DNA of 62,087 bases, taken from assembly GCA_041691215.1 (NCBI GenBank), contig JBEPVB010000001.1:1-62087 (forward strand). The letters run 5' to 3'. Within the stretch, counting starts at the first letter, position 1, and the number at the start of each line of letters is the position of its first letter. A model generated the notes under the pieces. The model was not told where the DNA came from and searched no databases. It was given only the letters and a program-made list of their open reading frames with translations. Shown here piece after piece: positions 30,947 to 39,860 of the stretch. Source of the DNA: Chloroflexota bacterium (GTDB taxonomy: Bacteria; Chloroflexota; Limnocylindria; Limnocylindrales; CSP1-4). The position numbers and the translations under genes were made by a program.

Positions 30947-32671
30947 CTACTCGGCGGAGATGAGGTAACGGTAATGCGGCTGTCCGCCGTGGACGACCTC
31001 GACCTCCGCCCCGGGCGCGAGCTCGCCGATCCGGCGGGCCAGGATCTCGGTCGAGCCGAGGTCGGCACCCTCCCCGTAGTAGATCGTCACCAGCTCGTAC
31101 CCGGGCTGGAAGGACCGGACCGCAGCAAGGACCGCCGTGGCCGGGTCGTCATCGACCGCGACAAGGCCGTCGTCGGGATCGAGGGCGATCGTCTGCCCCA
31201 GGCGGACCTTGGTGCCACCGATCGTCGCGTCGCGGACCGCGCCGGTGATCGACAGCGTCTGGACCGCGCGCCCGGCCGCGGTCATGGTCGTGGCGTTCGC
31301 AGCCGCATCCTTCGTCGGGTCGAGTGCGAGGAGCGCCGCAAAACCCTCGGCCGCGTTGCGGGTCGCGACGACGAACACCGACTGCTCGGTCAGCCGGTCG
31401 ACCTGGCGGCAGGCGAGGACCACATTGGGGTTGTTGGGCAGGACCAGGACCTCCCGCGCTCCGACGGCCTTGACCGCCTCGAGGATCTCGCCGGTGCTCG
31501 GGTTCGAAGCCTGGCCGCCGACGACCACCCGGTCGACACCGAAGTCCCGGAAGATCGCGGCCAGGCCGTCCCCCGCCGCCACCGCGACGACGGCCACCGG
31601 CAGCACGTGGTCCGGCCCACTGCCATTGCCCGGGCTGGCGTCCGACTCGCCGGCGGGAGCCGCGGTTTCGTCGGCGGCAGCCGCGGTTTCGGCGTCCCCG
31701 GCGTCCTCACGGGTGAACGCCGCAGCCCGTGTCTCGCGCAGGTCGCGGGCCTGGTTGTCGAGGTTCTCGACGCTGATTCGGGACAGCGAGCCGATGCCCA
31801 GGCCGTGACCGATGACGAGGTCGGGGCGATCGTTGTGGACGTGGACCTTGAGCGCACGCGCGTCGCCGGCCACCAGGACCGACTCGCCGATCGACTCGAG
31901 GTGGCCGCGCAGGGCATCGACATCGAGGCTCTCGCCGGGCCGCGCCTGAAGGAGGTACATCGTCTCGTAGCCGAAGCCCTCGTCGGCGTTGGCGACCAGG
32001 ACAGAAGAGCGGGCCGTCGGGGCACCGGTCTCCCTGGCTGCCTCCGGCGCACGCCCGGCGAGAAAGAGGAGCGCACCCTGGAGGAGCCGGTAGAGACCCT
32101 GGCCCCCGGAGTCGACCACGCCGGCGTCACGCAGGATCGGGAGCAGGGACGGGGTCTTCGCGACGGCCTTCTCGGCGGCATCGAGGGTGACGGTGAGGAC
32201 CGACTCGAGATCATTGGATCGCTCGGCGGCGATCACGGCGGCGGCGGAGGCCTCGCGGATGACCGTGAGGATGGTCCCCTCGACCGGCTTGGCCACGGCG
32301 CCGTAGGCCGCCTTCGCGCCGAGCTCGAGCGCATTCGCGAGGTCGAGGCCGTTGAACGTCCGCCTGCCGGCGAGGCCTTCGGCGAGCCCCCGCAGGATCT
32401 GGCTGGTGATAACCCCGGAGTTGCCGCGGGCGCCCATGAGGGCGCCGAACGAGGCCGCGGCTGCCACGCGCTCGGCAGCCGGCTTGGGCCCGCTGCCTTC
32501 AGCCTCGAGCAGGGCGGCCCTGACGGTGGCGACCATGTTCGAGCCTGTGTCGCCGTCGGGGACGGGAAAGACGTTGAGAGCATTGACCTCGTCGACGTAG
32601 AGCTCGAGGTTGGCCACCGCGCCACGGAAGGCCCCGAGGAGGCCGCCGCCGTCGCAGGCGCGACGGACCAT
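30947..32671 (-). CDS. yloV: DAK2-domain fusion protein YloV.
   Basis: VNALNVFPVPDGDTGSNM motif. The ATG overlaps the upstream stop by 1 nt (TGATG). Confidence 0.9.
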   Translation of the reverse strand: MVRRACDGGGLLGAFRGAVANLELYVDEVNALNVFPVPDGDTGSNMVATVRAALLEAEGSGPKPAAERVAAAASFGALMGARGNSGVITSQILRGLAEGLAGRRTFNGLDLANALELGAKAAYGAVAKPVEGTILTVIREASAAAVIAAERSNDLESVLTVTLDAAEKAVAKTPSLLPILRDAGVVDSGGQGLYRLLQGALLFLAGRAPEAARETGAPTARSSVLVANADEGFGYETMYLLQARPGESLDVDALRGHLESIGESVLVAGDARALKVHVHNDRPDLVIGHGLGIGSLSRISVENLDNQARDLRETRAAAFTREDAGDAETAAAADETAAPAGESDASPGNGSGPDHVLPVAVVAVAAGDGLAAIFRDFGVDRVVVGGQASNPSTGEILEAVKAVGAREVLVLPNNPNVVLACRQVDRLTEQSVFVVATRNAAEGFAALLALDPTKDAAANATTMTAAGRAVQTLSITGAVRDATIGGTKVRLGQTIALDPDDGLVAVDDDPATAVLAAVRSFQPGYELVTIYYGEGADLGSTEILARRIGELAPGAEVEVVHGGQPHYRYLISAE

Positions 32672-33090
32672 CAGGCCACGTCCGAGCCGCTGTCGGCCAG
32701 GTCGCTGCTGCCGACCGCCGGCTGGGCGCGTCGGGCGGGCGGTGGCGTGCCCGGCGATTCCTCGAGCCCGCCGATCCGGATTCGGAGCTCGTCGACCTCG
32801 CGGCCCAGGGCCCGTCGCAGGCCGTAGCGGATGGCCGAATCGACCTGCCGGGCGACCTCGGCGACAGGCAGCCCGGCGATCACCCGGAGGCGGACGCCGA
32901 TCCGGAGTCGCTCATCGGAGACGCGGACCCGGAGGCCGGGCTGGCGATCCCCGAAGCCGGCCACGAGGCGCTCCAGCGGCCCGGCCTCGAAGCCGGCGAC
33001 GCCGTATGACCCGAGGACCGCCGCTCGCACGATGTCCGCTACGGCGCGTCGCGTCGCGAGGGCACGACCGGGGATCTCGTCAGTGGGCAA
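32671..33090 (-). CDS. Asp23/Gls24-family protein (YloU-like).
   Basis: RAVADIVRAAVLGSYGV... at the canonical position upstream of yloV and divergent from rpmB. TTG start with GAGGA upstream. Confidence 0.8.
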   Translation of the reverse strand: MPTDEIPGRALATRRAVADIVRAAVLGSYGVAGFEAGPLERLVAGFGDRQPGLRVRVSDERLRIGVRLRVIAGLPVAEVARQVDSAIRYGLRRALGREVDELRIRIGGLEESPGTPPPARRAQPAVGSSDLADSGSDVA

Positions 33091-33149
33091 CGGGCGGGGT
33101 CCTCGTCAGCCCGGGCGAGCCGGCCGTTGGGGCCGCCCTGGGTGCGTGC

Positions 33150-33155
33150 TATCAT
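33150..33155 (+). promoter_or_regulatory. Candidate extended -10 element (TGCTATCAT) for rpmB.
   Basis: GTGCGTGCTATCATACC about 59 nt upstream of the rpmB ATG. Confidence 0.4.
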
Positions 33156-33213
33156 ACCGCCCCGCTCGGGCCCACCAGCCCGGCGTTCCCATGAATCACG
33201 TTCCGAGGACACC

Positions 33214-33411
33214 ATGGCCCGCTCCTGCGCCATCTGCGGCAAGGCTTCGATGGGCGGCTTCAATCCCCAGTCGTCGGGGATGAACCGAGTCCGAGCCCAC
33301 CGCCGCTACCAGCCGAATCTCCAGCCCCTCGTGATCACGAAGAACGGCACGTCGACGAAGGAGCTCGTCTGCACGCGCTGCCGTCGGACGCTCACGAAAA
33401 CGGCTCGCTAG
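33214..33411 (+). CDS. rpmB: 50S ribosomal protein L28.
   Basis: MARSCAICGKASMGGFNPQSSGMNRVRAHRRYQPNLQ... with a GAGGA SD. The track ORF 33127..33411 was trimmed. Confidence 0.95.
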   Translation: MARSCAICGKASMGGFNPQSSGMNRVRAHRRYQPNLQPLVITKNGTSTKELVCTRCRRTLTKTAR

Positions 33412-33412
33412 G

Positions 33413-33443
33413 GCGGCTGGTCCGGCCGCTGCGCCCGGGCGCA
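33413..33443 (+). terminator. Two adjacent GC-rich hairpins/palindromes directly after the rpmB stop; possible terminator without a U tract.
   Basis: gcggc-tggtccg-gccgc (33413-33429) followed by the perfect 14-nt palindrome tgcgcccgggcgca (33430-33443). Confidence 0.3.
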
Positions 33444-33528
33444 TGGCCCACGGCGAGCCCCCCACGAGGCGCGAGGCGCTTGTCACCAGATCCACACTGG
33501 GCAGTCAAGGCACGCCGAAACGCGACGC

Positions 33529-33978
33529 TCAGCGGGCCGTCGTGTCCAGCCAGAGCGTGAACGGTCCGTCGTTCACCAGCTCGACGGCCATCTCCGCCCC
33601 GAACTCGCCCGTCCCCACGGGCGTCACCCCGGCCTCCCGTAGCCTGGTCACCACGCGCTCGTAGAGGCGCTTCGCCAGCTCCGGATCGGCGGCCTGGGTG
33701 AAGCCGGGGCGCCGGCCCCGCGACATGTCGGCGTAGAGCGTGAACTGGCTGACGACGATCACCCCGCCGGCCACGTCGAGCACGGAGCGGTTCGTCTTGC
33801 CCGCCTCGTCGCGGAAGATCCGGAGCTCCACGATCCGCCGGGCCAGGGCGTCGGCCACCACCTCGTCATCGCCGTGGCCGACCCCCACCAGGGCGACCAC
33901 GCCCAGGCCGATCTCCGCGACCCTGGACCCCGCGACACGTACCTCGGCCCTCGTCACCCGCTGCAGCAACGCTCGCAC
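33529..33978 (-). CDS. dtd: D-aminoacyl-tRNA deacylase.
   Basis: (V)RALLQRVTRAEV..., SQFTLYAD and NDGPFTL motifs. GTG start at 33978. Confidence 0.93.
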   Translation of the reverse strand: MRALLQRVTRAEVRVAGSRVAEIGLGVVALVGVGHGDDEVVADALARRIVELRIFRDEAGKTNRSVLDVAGGVIVVSQFTLYADMSRGRRPGFTQAADPELAKRLYERVVTRLREAGVTPVGTGEFGAEMAVELVNDGPFTLWLDTTAR

Positions 33979-33992
33979 CCGGCTGTCTCCGC

Positions 33993-35219
33993 CTAGCGCG
34001 AGATCGCGCCGAGGGCCGCCCGCCAGAGGCCGCCGAGGATGAGGGCCCAGGGCACCAGCAGTACCGGCGACGTCGGGCCACCGAACCACTCGGCCTTCAC
34101 GATGCCGACGACCCCGATGACCCCGATGACTGCTACGGCAAGGCCCTGCCCGGCGACCCGCCAGCGGACGTGGCCGGAGGCGCGGGCGAAGGCAGCGCGA
34201 TCCCCCGCTTGCCCGCTCTCAACCTCGGCCTCGACCGCCGGGTCGGCCGCCCGGTCGACCACCCGCCGGAACCAGCCAGGCGCATGGACGATGGCGAGGT
34301 AGGCCAGCGAGGCGTACACGATCCCGGCGATGACGTCGACGACGTAATGGTCGGCGAGGTAGACGACGGCGAACCAGACGCAGGCCGCGTAGACGAGCAC
34401 GAGCCAGCCTGGCTTGCCGAAGGCGCGCCGGGCGAACAGGAAGGCCAGGAACGGGTAGCCGGCGTGGAGCGACGGGAAGGCCGCGACCTGGTTCGGGTTC
34501 ACCTCGTAGACGGTGTAGCTGTAGAGGTAGCGGCCCTCGAAGCCGAAGATCCGGGCGAGATCGTCGAAGCCCTGGGCCTTGAGGTACGTGATCGCCGGCA
34601 GGCCATCGGGTCCATTGATCAGCCCGTGTGTGGCGGCCCACCAGGGCGGCGCCACCGGCAGGATCAGGTAGGTCGCGAAGGCGACCATCGACAGCAGGAT
34701 GAGGGCGGCCACGAAGTCGTAGTACGTCCGGCGGCGCCGAATCCAGAGCAGGAAGGCGACGGCGATGGGGAGCGGGAAGTGGAGGAAGTAGAGGACGGTG
34801 CCGGCGATGGCCCACGGATCGAGGCCGGTCGGCGGGTGGAGGGCCTGCTGGAGAATCTGGGTCGGCAGGTTGCCCCCGAACAGCCAGCGCTCGAGGCCCA
34901 GGATGTCCGCCGCATGGACCTGGCGATTGATGTCGTCGGCGTAGCCGCGCATGAGCTCGTAGGCCAGGAAGAGCCCGATGAAGGGCACCCAGTCCCGGAT
35001 GAACAGGCGGCCCCGACCGAGGATGATCGCGGCCAGGCCGAGGGCGACGAGCAGCACATCCGGGGTGATCGACACGCCGCTCACGATCATCAGGCCCGAC
35101 AGGATCAGGACGTAGCCGGCGACCGTGATCAGGAGGAGGCGGTCGTTCCGGCCCTGAAGATCGGCGTTGCCGTCACCCAGCCCCGCGGGTTCGGTGGGAA
35201 TCGATAGCTCGTCGCTCAC
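33993..35219 (-). CDS. Polytopic membrane protein of the PAP2 superfamily (Aur1/Ipt1-like, PAP2_3 type).
   Basis: FPSLHAGYP (PSxH) and ADHYVVDV (HxxxD) motifs with about 8-10 TM segments. The GTG start overlaps the rpe stop (GTGA). Confidence 0.75.
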   Translation of the reverse strand: MSDELSIPTEPAGLGDGNADLQGRNDRLLLITVAGYVLILSGLMIVSGVSITPDVLLVALGLAAIILGRGRLFIRDWVPFIGLFLAYELMRGYADDINRQVHAADILGLERWLFGGNLPTQILQQALHPPTGLDPWAIAGTVLYFLHFPLPIAVAFLLWIRRRRTYYDFVAALILLSMVAFATYLILPVAPPWWAATHGLINGPDGLPAITYLKAQGFDDLARIFGFEGRYLYSYTVYEVNPNQVAAFPSLHAGYPFLAFLFARRAFGKPGWLVLVYAACVWFAVVYLADHYVVDVIAGIVYASLAYLAIVHAPGWFRRVVDRAADPAVEAEVESGQAGDRAAFARASGHVRWRVAGQGLAVAVIGVIGVVGIVKAEWFGGPTSPVLLVPWALILGGLWRAALGAISR

Positions 35220-36280
35220 CAGACGATCTCGCTCGGATGCGGCGGACGAGGTGCCGGCACGTCCGGCGGCGCCGGCATGCCCGCCGCCCGCCAGGCGGTC
35301 GCCTCGGCGATCAGCGCCACGCGACGGGCATCGAAGCGGGTCACCGCGGCGGCTTCCGCCGTGGCCGGCAAGAGGACGACCCAGTCGCGCTGCTCATCGG
35401 CGATTTCGAGGTCGGCGTCGCCGGCCCGGAAGATGAAGACCGGGATCCCCACCCGCTCGATCTCGGCCTGGATGGTCCGGGCGAGGTGGCGCGGCAGGGT
35501 AACGAAGGTGACCATCCGATCGCGCGGGGTCGGCGGCTGGCCGCCGTTGAGGGCGTACTGGTAGCCCTCGTCGGCGAGGGCACGGACCAGGCGGATCTCG
35601 CGGCCCATGTCCCGGCCCTTGATCCAGAGCGCCGATCCGACCACCAGGACGTCGGCGGCCAGCGCCCCGACGAGCTCGGCGGTGTCGCGGTTCACGCCGC
35701 CGTCGACGTGGACCTCCGCGCCGTGGAGCTTGTGGTCCAGCAGCTCGCGCGCGGCGAGGATCTTGGCCCGGGCGACGCCGGCCATGAACGATTGGCCACC
35801 GAAGCCCGGCTCGACCGTCATGACCATGACCAGGTCGAGGAGCCGGCGATAGGGCTCCAGGGCCTTCAGCGGCGTCCCCGGCCGGAGCGACAGCCCGGCC
35901 GCGCGGCCTGCCTCCCGGATCCGACGCAGGGTCGGCTCGATCGCCTCTTCGATCTCGACGTGGATGGTGATCGAATCGCAGCCGGCGTCGAGGTACTGGT
36001 CGAGATAGCGTCCCGGCTCCGAGATCATGAGATGGGCGTCGAACGGCAGGCGAGTCCGCTTGCGGAGGGCCTTGATCGTCCGCGGCCCGAAGGTCAGGTT
36101 CGGGACGAAGTGGCCATCCATGACGTCGAGGTGGATCCGGTCGGCGCCGGCCTTCTCCGCCCGGCCGACGGCATAGGCGAGGTTGCCGAGGTCGGCGTCC
36201 AGGATGCTGGCGGCCACCCGGGCACGCCCGAGGGGCGCCGCCGGCGCCTGCGGCGAGGGGGCTTGACGACGCGCTGGCAT
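35216..36280 (-). CDS. rpe: Ribulose-phosphate 3-epimerase fused to a C-terminal domain of about 115 aa with unknown function.
   Basis: HLDVMDGHFVPN and MTVEPGFGGQ motifs in aa 20-235. The residues after aa 240 have no Rpe counterpart. The ATG at 36280 overlaps the rlmN stop by 1 nt. Confidence 0.9.
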   Translation of the reverse strand: MPARRQAPSPQAPAAPLGRARVAASILDADLGNLAYAVGRAEKAGADRIHLDVMDGHFVPNLTFGPRTIKALRKRTRLPFDAHLMISEPGRYLDQYLDAGCDSITIHVEIEEAIEPTLRRIREAGRAAGLSLRPGTPLKALEPYRRLLDLVMVMTVEPGFGGQSFMAGVARAKILAARELLDHKLHGAEVHVDGGVNRDTAELVGALAADVLVVGSALWIKGRDMGREIRLVRALADEGYQYALNGGQPPTPRDRMVTFVTLPRHLARTIQAEIERVGIPVFIFRAGDADLEIADEQRDWVVLLPATAEAAAVTRFDARRVALIAEATAWRAAGMPAPPDVPAPRPPHPSEIVW

Positions 36281-37500
36281 CAGCCGTCGATCCCGGCCGG
36301 GACGGCTTCCGCGCTCCGCTCGCCGCGGAGGGCCGCGGCGCTCGACGCGACGAGGCGTTCCCGGCGGAGGGCGACCGCCGCCGGCGGCGGCGACCCCGCG
36401 TGGTCCGCGGCCAGCTGCCCGCACGCTGCTCCGATCTCCTGGCCGCGGTTGCGACGGATCGTCGTCGCGATGCCGGCGGCACGGAGCGTCGCGGCGAAGC
36501 GTTCGATGACCGGCATCGCGCTGGCCGCCCACGGCGTGTGGGCGACGGGATTCATGGGGATCAGGTTCACGTGGGCCAGGTCGCCCCGGAGGAGCTCGGC
36601 CATCGCCACCGCGTCGATGTCGCCGTCGTTCACGCCGCCGATCATGGTCACCTCGTAGGTGATCCGGCGGCCCGTCGTCGCGGCGTGCTCGCGAGCGGCG
36701 GCCACGACCTCGGCCACGGGCCAGCGGCGGTTCAGCGGGACAAGGACGTCGCGGAGCGGGTCGCGCGCCGCGTGGAGGCTGACGGCCAGGGTGAACTGCG
36801 GCCCGAGGCCGGTCAGGCGCCGGATGCCGGGCACGACGCCCGAGGTCGAGACCGTGATGTGGCGCGCGCCGAGGCCCAGGCGGCGCGGGTCGTTGAGGGC
36901 CTCGACCGAAGCCAGGACCCGATCGAGGTTGAGGAGCGGCTCGCCCATGCCCATGAACACGATGTTGGTCAGGCGTCGGCCCCGGGCCACGAGGCGCCTG
37001 CCGGCGGCACGGACCTGGTCCACGATCTCGGCCACCAGGAGATCCCGCCCGAACCCCAGCTCGCCCGTGGCACAGAACGGGCAGCCCACCGCGCAGCCGG
37101 CCTGGCTCGAGATGCAGAGCGTGTTCCGCTCGCGATGTCCAGGCGCCGCCGGGAAGTGCATGAGGACGGATTCGATCGCCGCTCCGTCGGCGAGTCGGTG
37201 GAGGGCCTTCTCGGTCTCGCCGCCGTCCGACAGCTGGAGCTCCGTGTCGGCGACGGTGTCCCAGGTGAACTCGGCCCCGAGCGCCGCCCGCGTCCCGGCC
37301 GGGAGCGTCGAGATCTCCGCCGCCGACGGCGCGCCCGTTCGCCACACGGCGTCGAGCACCTGGCGGCCCCGGAAGGCAGGCTCGCCGCGCTCCCGGAACC
37401 ACGCTTCGAGGGTCTCCTGCGTCTCGCCGGAGATGCCCCGCGGATGGGCCAGGATCGCGGTCAACGAGGGCTGGGCAATCGGCAGCGCGGTCGTCGGCAT
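36280..37500 (-). CDS. rlmN: 23S rRNA/tRNA (adenine-C2)-methyltransferase RlmN (radical SAM).
   Basis: SSQAGCAVGCPFCATG CxxxCxxC motif. Confidence 0.95.
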   Translation of the reverse strand: MPTTALPIAQPSLTAILAHPRGISGETQETLEAWFRERGEPAFRGRQVLDAVWRTGAPSAAEISTLPAGTRAALGAEFTWDTVADTELQLSDGGETEKALHRLADGAAIESVLMHFPAAPGHRERNTLCISSQAGCAVGCPFCATGELGFGRDLLVAEIVDQVRAAGRRLVARGRRLTNIVFMGMGEPLLNLDRVLASVEALNDPRRLGLGARHITVSTSGVVPGIRRLTGLGPQFTLAVSLHAARDPLRDVLVPLNRRWPVAEVVAAAREHAATTGRRITYEVTMIGGVNDGDIDAVAMAELLRGDLAHVNLIPMNPVAHTPWAASAMPVIERFAATLRAAGIATTIRRNRGQEIGAACGQLAADHAGSPPPAAVALRRERLVASSAAALRGERSAEAVPAGIDG

Positions 37501-37565
37501 CGGCGTCGCATTGTCGCATGCGCCCCGGCCCGGGCTGGGGCCAGCCGGGTGCGCAGCGGGAGCCG

Positions 37566-39860
37566 CTACCCCTCTCGGAGCATCCGCCAGACCCGCGGCG
37601 GCGTCATCGGCAGCTCGCGGGGGCGGTGCCCGATCGCCGCCGCGACGGCGTTGGCAATCGCCGCGGCACCGCCGATGACCGCCGTTTCCCCGATGCCCTT
37701 GGCCCCGAACGGTCCGTCGGGGGCGGGCACCTCGACGTACGAGGTCGAGAGGCTCGGCACGTCCTCCGCGCGCGGGAGCTTGTAGTCGAGGAACGTCGCG
37801 CTCAGCAGCTGGCCCTGGTCGTCGTGGACGAGCTCCTCATGGAGGGCCCAGCCGACGGCCTGGGCGGCGCCACCGAGCTGCTGGCCCGTGACGAGCGCGG
37901 GGTTGATGGCACGCCCGACGTCCTGGACCGCACGCAGGTCGATGACCGTGACGGCGCCCGTATCGCGATCGACGTTGACGTGGGCAATGAACCCGGCGAC
38001 CGAGGGAGCAAGGCTCGTGTGCTCGGTCCGGGCGTGGCCCTCGATCGGTGCCCGGTTCTCGCGGGCGTTGGCCCGGACCAGCCGGCCGATCGGGATGCCC
38101 TTCTCCGGCGTACCGACCGGCCGCACGATGCCGTCGACGATCTCGAGGTCGTCCTCGCCGATCTCCAGCTCGAGGGATGCCGCGCGGAGCAGCTGCCGGC
38201 GGGCATCGAGGGCGGCGGCGTGGACCGCTCGCCCCGAGCCGTAGGTGATGGCGCTGCCGCCGCTGCCGGGCGACGGTGGCGCACTGGCCGTGTCGGCCAT
38301 GACGACCTGGACGGCATTCGTCCCGATCCCGAGGACCTCGGCGGCGATGGCCTGGAAGGCGCCCGAGGTGCCCGACATGTCGACGACGCCGGTCACCACC
38401 TGGACCGTGCCGTCGGCCGAGACGCGACAGAGGGCCGCCGCGGGGGCCTTGCTGCCGGGCCAGTAGCCGATGGCGACGCCGACGCCCTCGTCGGGTCCGA
38501 CGTCCGTCCGCGAGCGCCAGCGGTCGTCGCGTTCGAGGGCCTCGATGACCTCGGGCGTCCCGAGGCGGACCCAGGTCCCGTCGTCGACCATCGACTCCCC
38601 GTCAATGGCGGCGTTCCGGCGGCGGAGCTCCAGGGGATCGAGGGCGAGCCGCGCGGCGAGCTCGTCGAGGACCGACTCCATCGCGAAGGCCGTCGGCGGG
38701 CCGCTGGGCGCGCGATAGGTCCCCACCCCGACCCGGTTCGTGAGCACGCCGTAGGCGCTGAGATCGAAGGCGGGCCAGCGGTACGGGCCGGCCAGGAGGA
38801 TTCCACCGAAGGACGCGGCCGAGTAGTCGCCGAACGCGCCGGTGTCGGCCACGATTCGGGCCCGGACCGCGGTGAAGCGTCCGTCGGCGTCGGCGCCGAC
38901 CTCGACGTCGATGTCGAAGGCCTGCGACGGGTTGCTGGCCAGGAAATCCTCGCGCCGCTCGAGGACCAGCCGGATCGGCCGGCCGATGAGCATGGCGGCG
39001 GCACCGATCAAGGGCTCGAACAGCGACCACTTCCCCCCGAACGCACCGCCGAGCGGCGTGGCGACGACCCGGACCCGCTGGAGGGGCAGGCCGAGGACCT
39101 TGGCGATGTCGCTCCGGAGAGAGAAGGCGCCCTGGGTGCTCGACTCGACCACGAGGGTCCCATCCTCGTCCAGCCAGGCCGTGCAGGCCTGCGCCTCCAG
39201 GTAGCCCTGGTGGACCCAGGACGTGCGGAAGCGGCCCCGCACCGTGGCCGCGGCCCCGGCGAGGGCGGCATCCACGTCGCCCGATCGATAGCGGCTCCGT
39301 TCGATCACGTTGGGCGAGAGGTCCTCGTCGTCGATGGAGCTGTCGCCCTCACCGCCGACGGCCGCGTGTGTCGTTGCGCTGGTCGACGTCCCGCCCTCCG
39401 TCGCGTCCTCGTCGCCGGCGAGATCGCCGCGCACCAGGGGGGCGCCCGGGGCCATCGCCGCGGCCTGATCGATGACCGGTGGCAGGGGCTCGAGGCGGAC
39501 GTCCACGAGCTCGGCAGCATCGGCCGCGGCCTCGGCGGTGGCGGCGATCACGAGGGCGACGGGCTGGCCGGCGAAGACGACCTCGTCCCGGGCCAGCGGC
39601 TCGACCAGCCGGTCGACGTCCCCGTCCGGCACGCGCAGGTCGGCCGCCGTGAGGACCGCGACGACGCCCGGGATCTGCAGGGCAGGGCCGGTATCGATGC
39701 CGAGGACCCGGGCATGGGCATAGGTGGCAAGGACTGGCCTGGCGTGGAGCGCATCGGGACGCCGCCGGTCAGCGGCGTAGCGCACCGCGCCGCGAACCTT
39801 GGCCTCCGAATCTGGACGGGGCCGCGAGACGCCGAGCACCCCGGACGTCGGCTCGGTCAT
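37566..39860 (-). CDS. Xanthine dehydrogenase/aldehyde oxidase-family molybdopterin-binding subunit.
   Basis: a/b-hammerhead N-terminus (GVSRPRPDSEAKVRGAVRYAAD), GGAFGGK and the C-terminal FGAKGIGE motif. The ATG at 39860 overlaps the fmt stop (ATGA). The track ORF start at 40106 lies inside fmt. Confidence 0.85.
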   Translation of the reverse strand: MTEPTSGVLGVSRPRPDSEAKVRGAVRYAADRRRPDALHARPVLATYAHARVLGIDTGPALQIPGVVAVLTAADLRVPDGDVDRLVEPLARDEVVFAGQPVALVIAATAEAAADAAELVDVRLEPLPPVIDQAAAMAPGAPLVRGDLAGDEDATEGGTSTSATTHAAVGGEGDSSIDDEDLSPNVIERSRYRSGDVDAALAGAAATVRGRFRTSWVHQGYLEAQACTAWLDEDGTLVVESSTQGAFSLRSDIAKVLGLPLQRVRVVATPLGGAFGGKWSLFEPLIGAAAMLIGRPIRLVLERREDFLASNPSQAFDIDVEVGADADGRFTAVRARIVADTGAFGDYSAASFGGILLAGPYRWPAFDLSAYGVLTNRVGVGTYRAPSGPPTAFAMESVLDELAARLALDPLELRRRNAAIDGESMVDDGTWVRLGTPEVIEALERDDRWRSRTDVGPDEGVGVAIGYWPGSKAPAAALCRVSADGTVQVVTGVVDMSGTSGAFQAIAAEVLGIGTNAVQVVMADTASAPPSPGSGGSAITYGSGRAVHAAALDARRQLLRAASLELEIGEDDLEIVDGIVRPVGTPEKGIPIGRLVRANARENRAPIEGHARTEHTSLAPSVAGFIAHVNVDRDTGAVTVIDLRAVQDVGRAINPALVTGQQLGGAAQAVGWALHEELVHDDQGQLLSATFLDYKLPRAEDVPSLSTSYVEVPAPDGPFGAKGIGETAVIGGAAAIANAVAAAIGHRPRELPMTPPRVWRMLREG

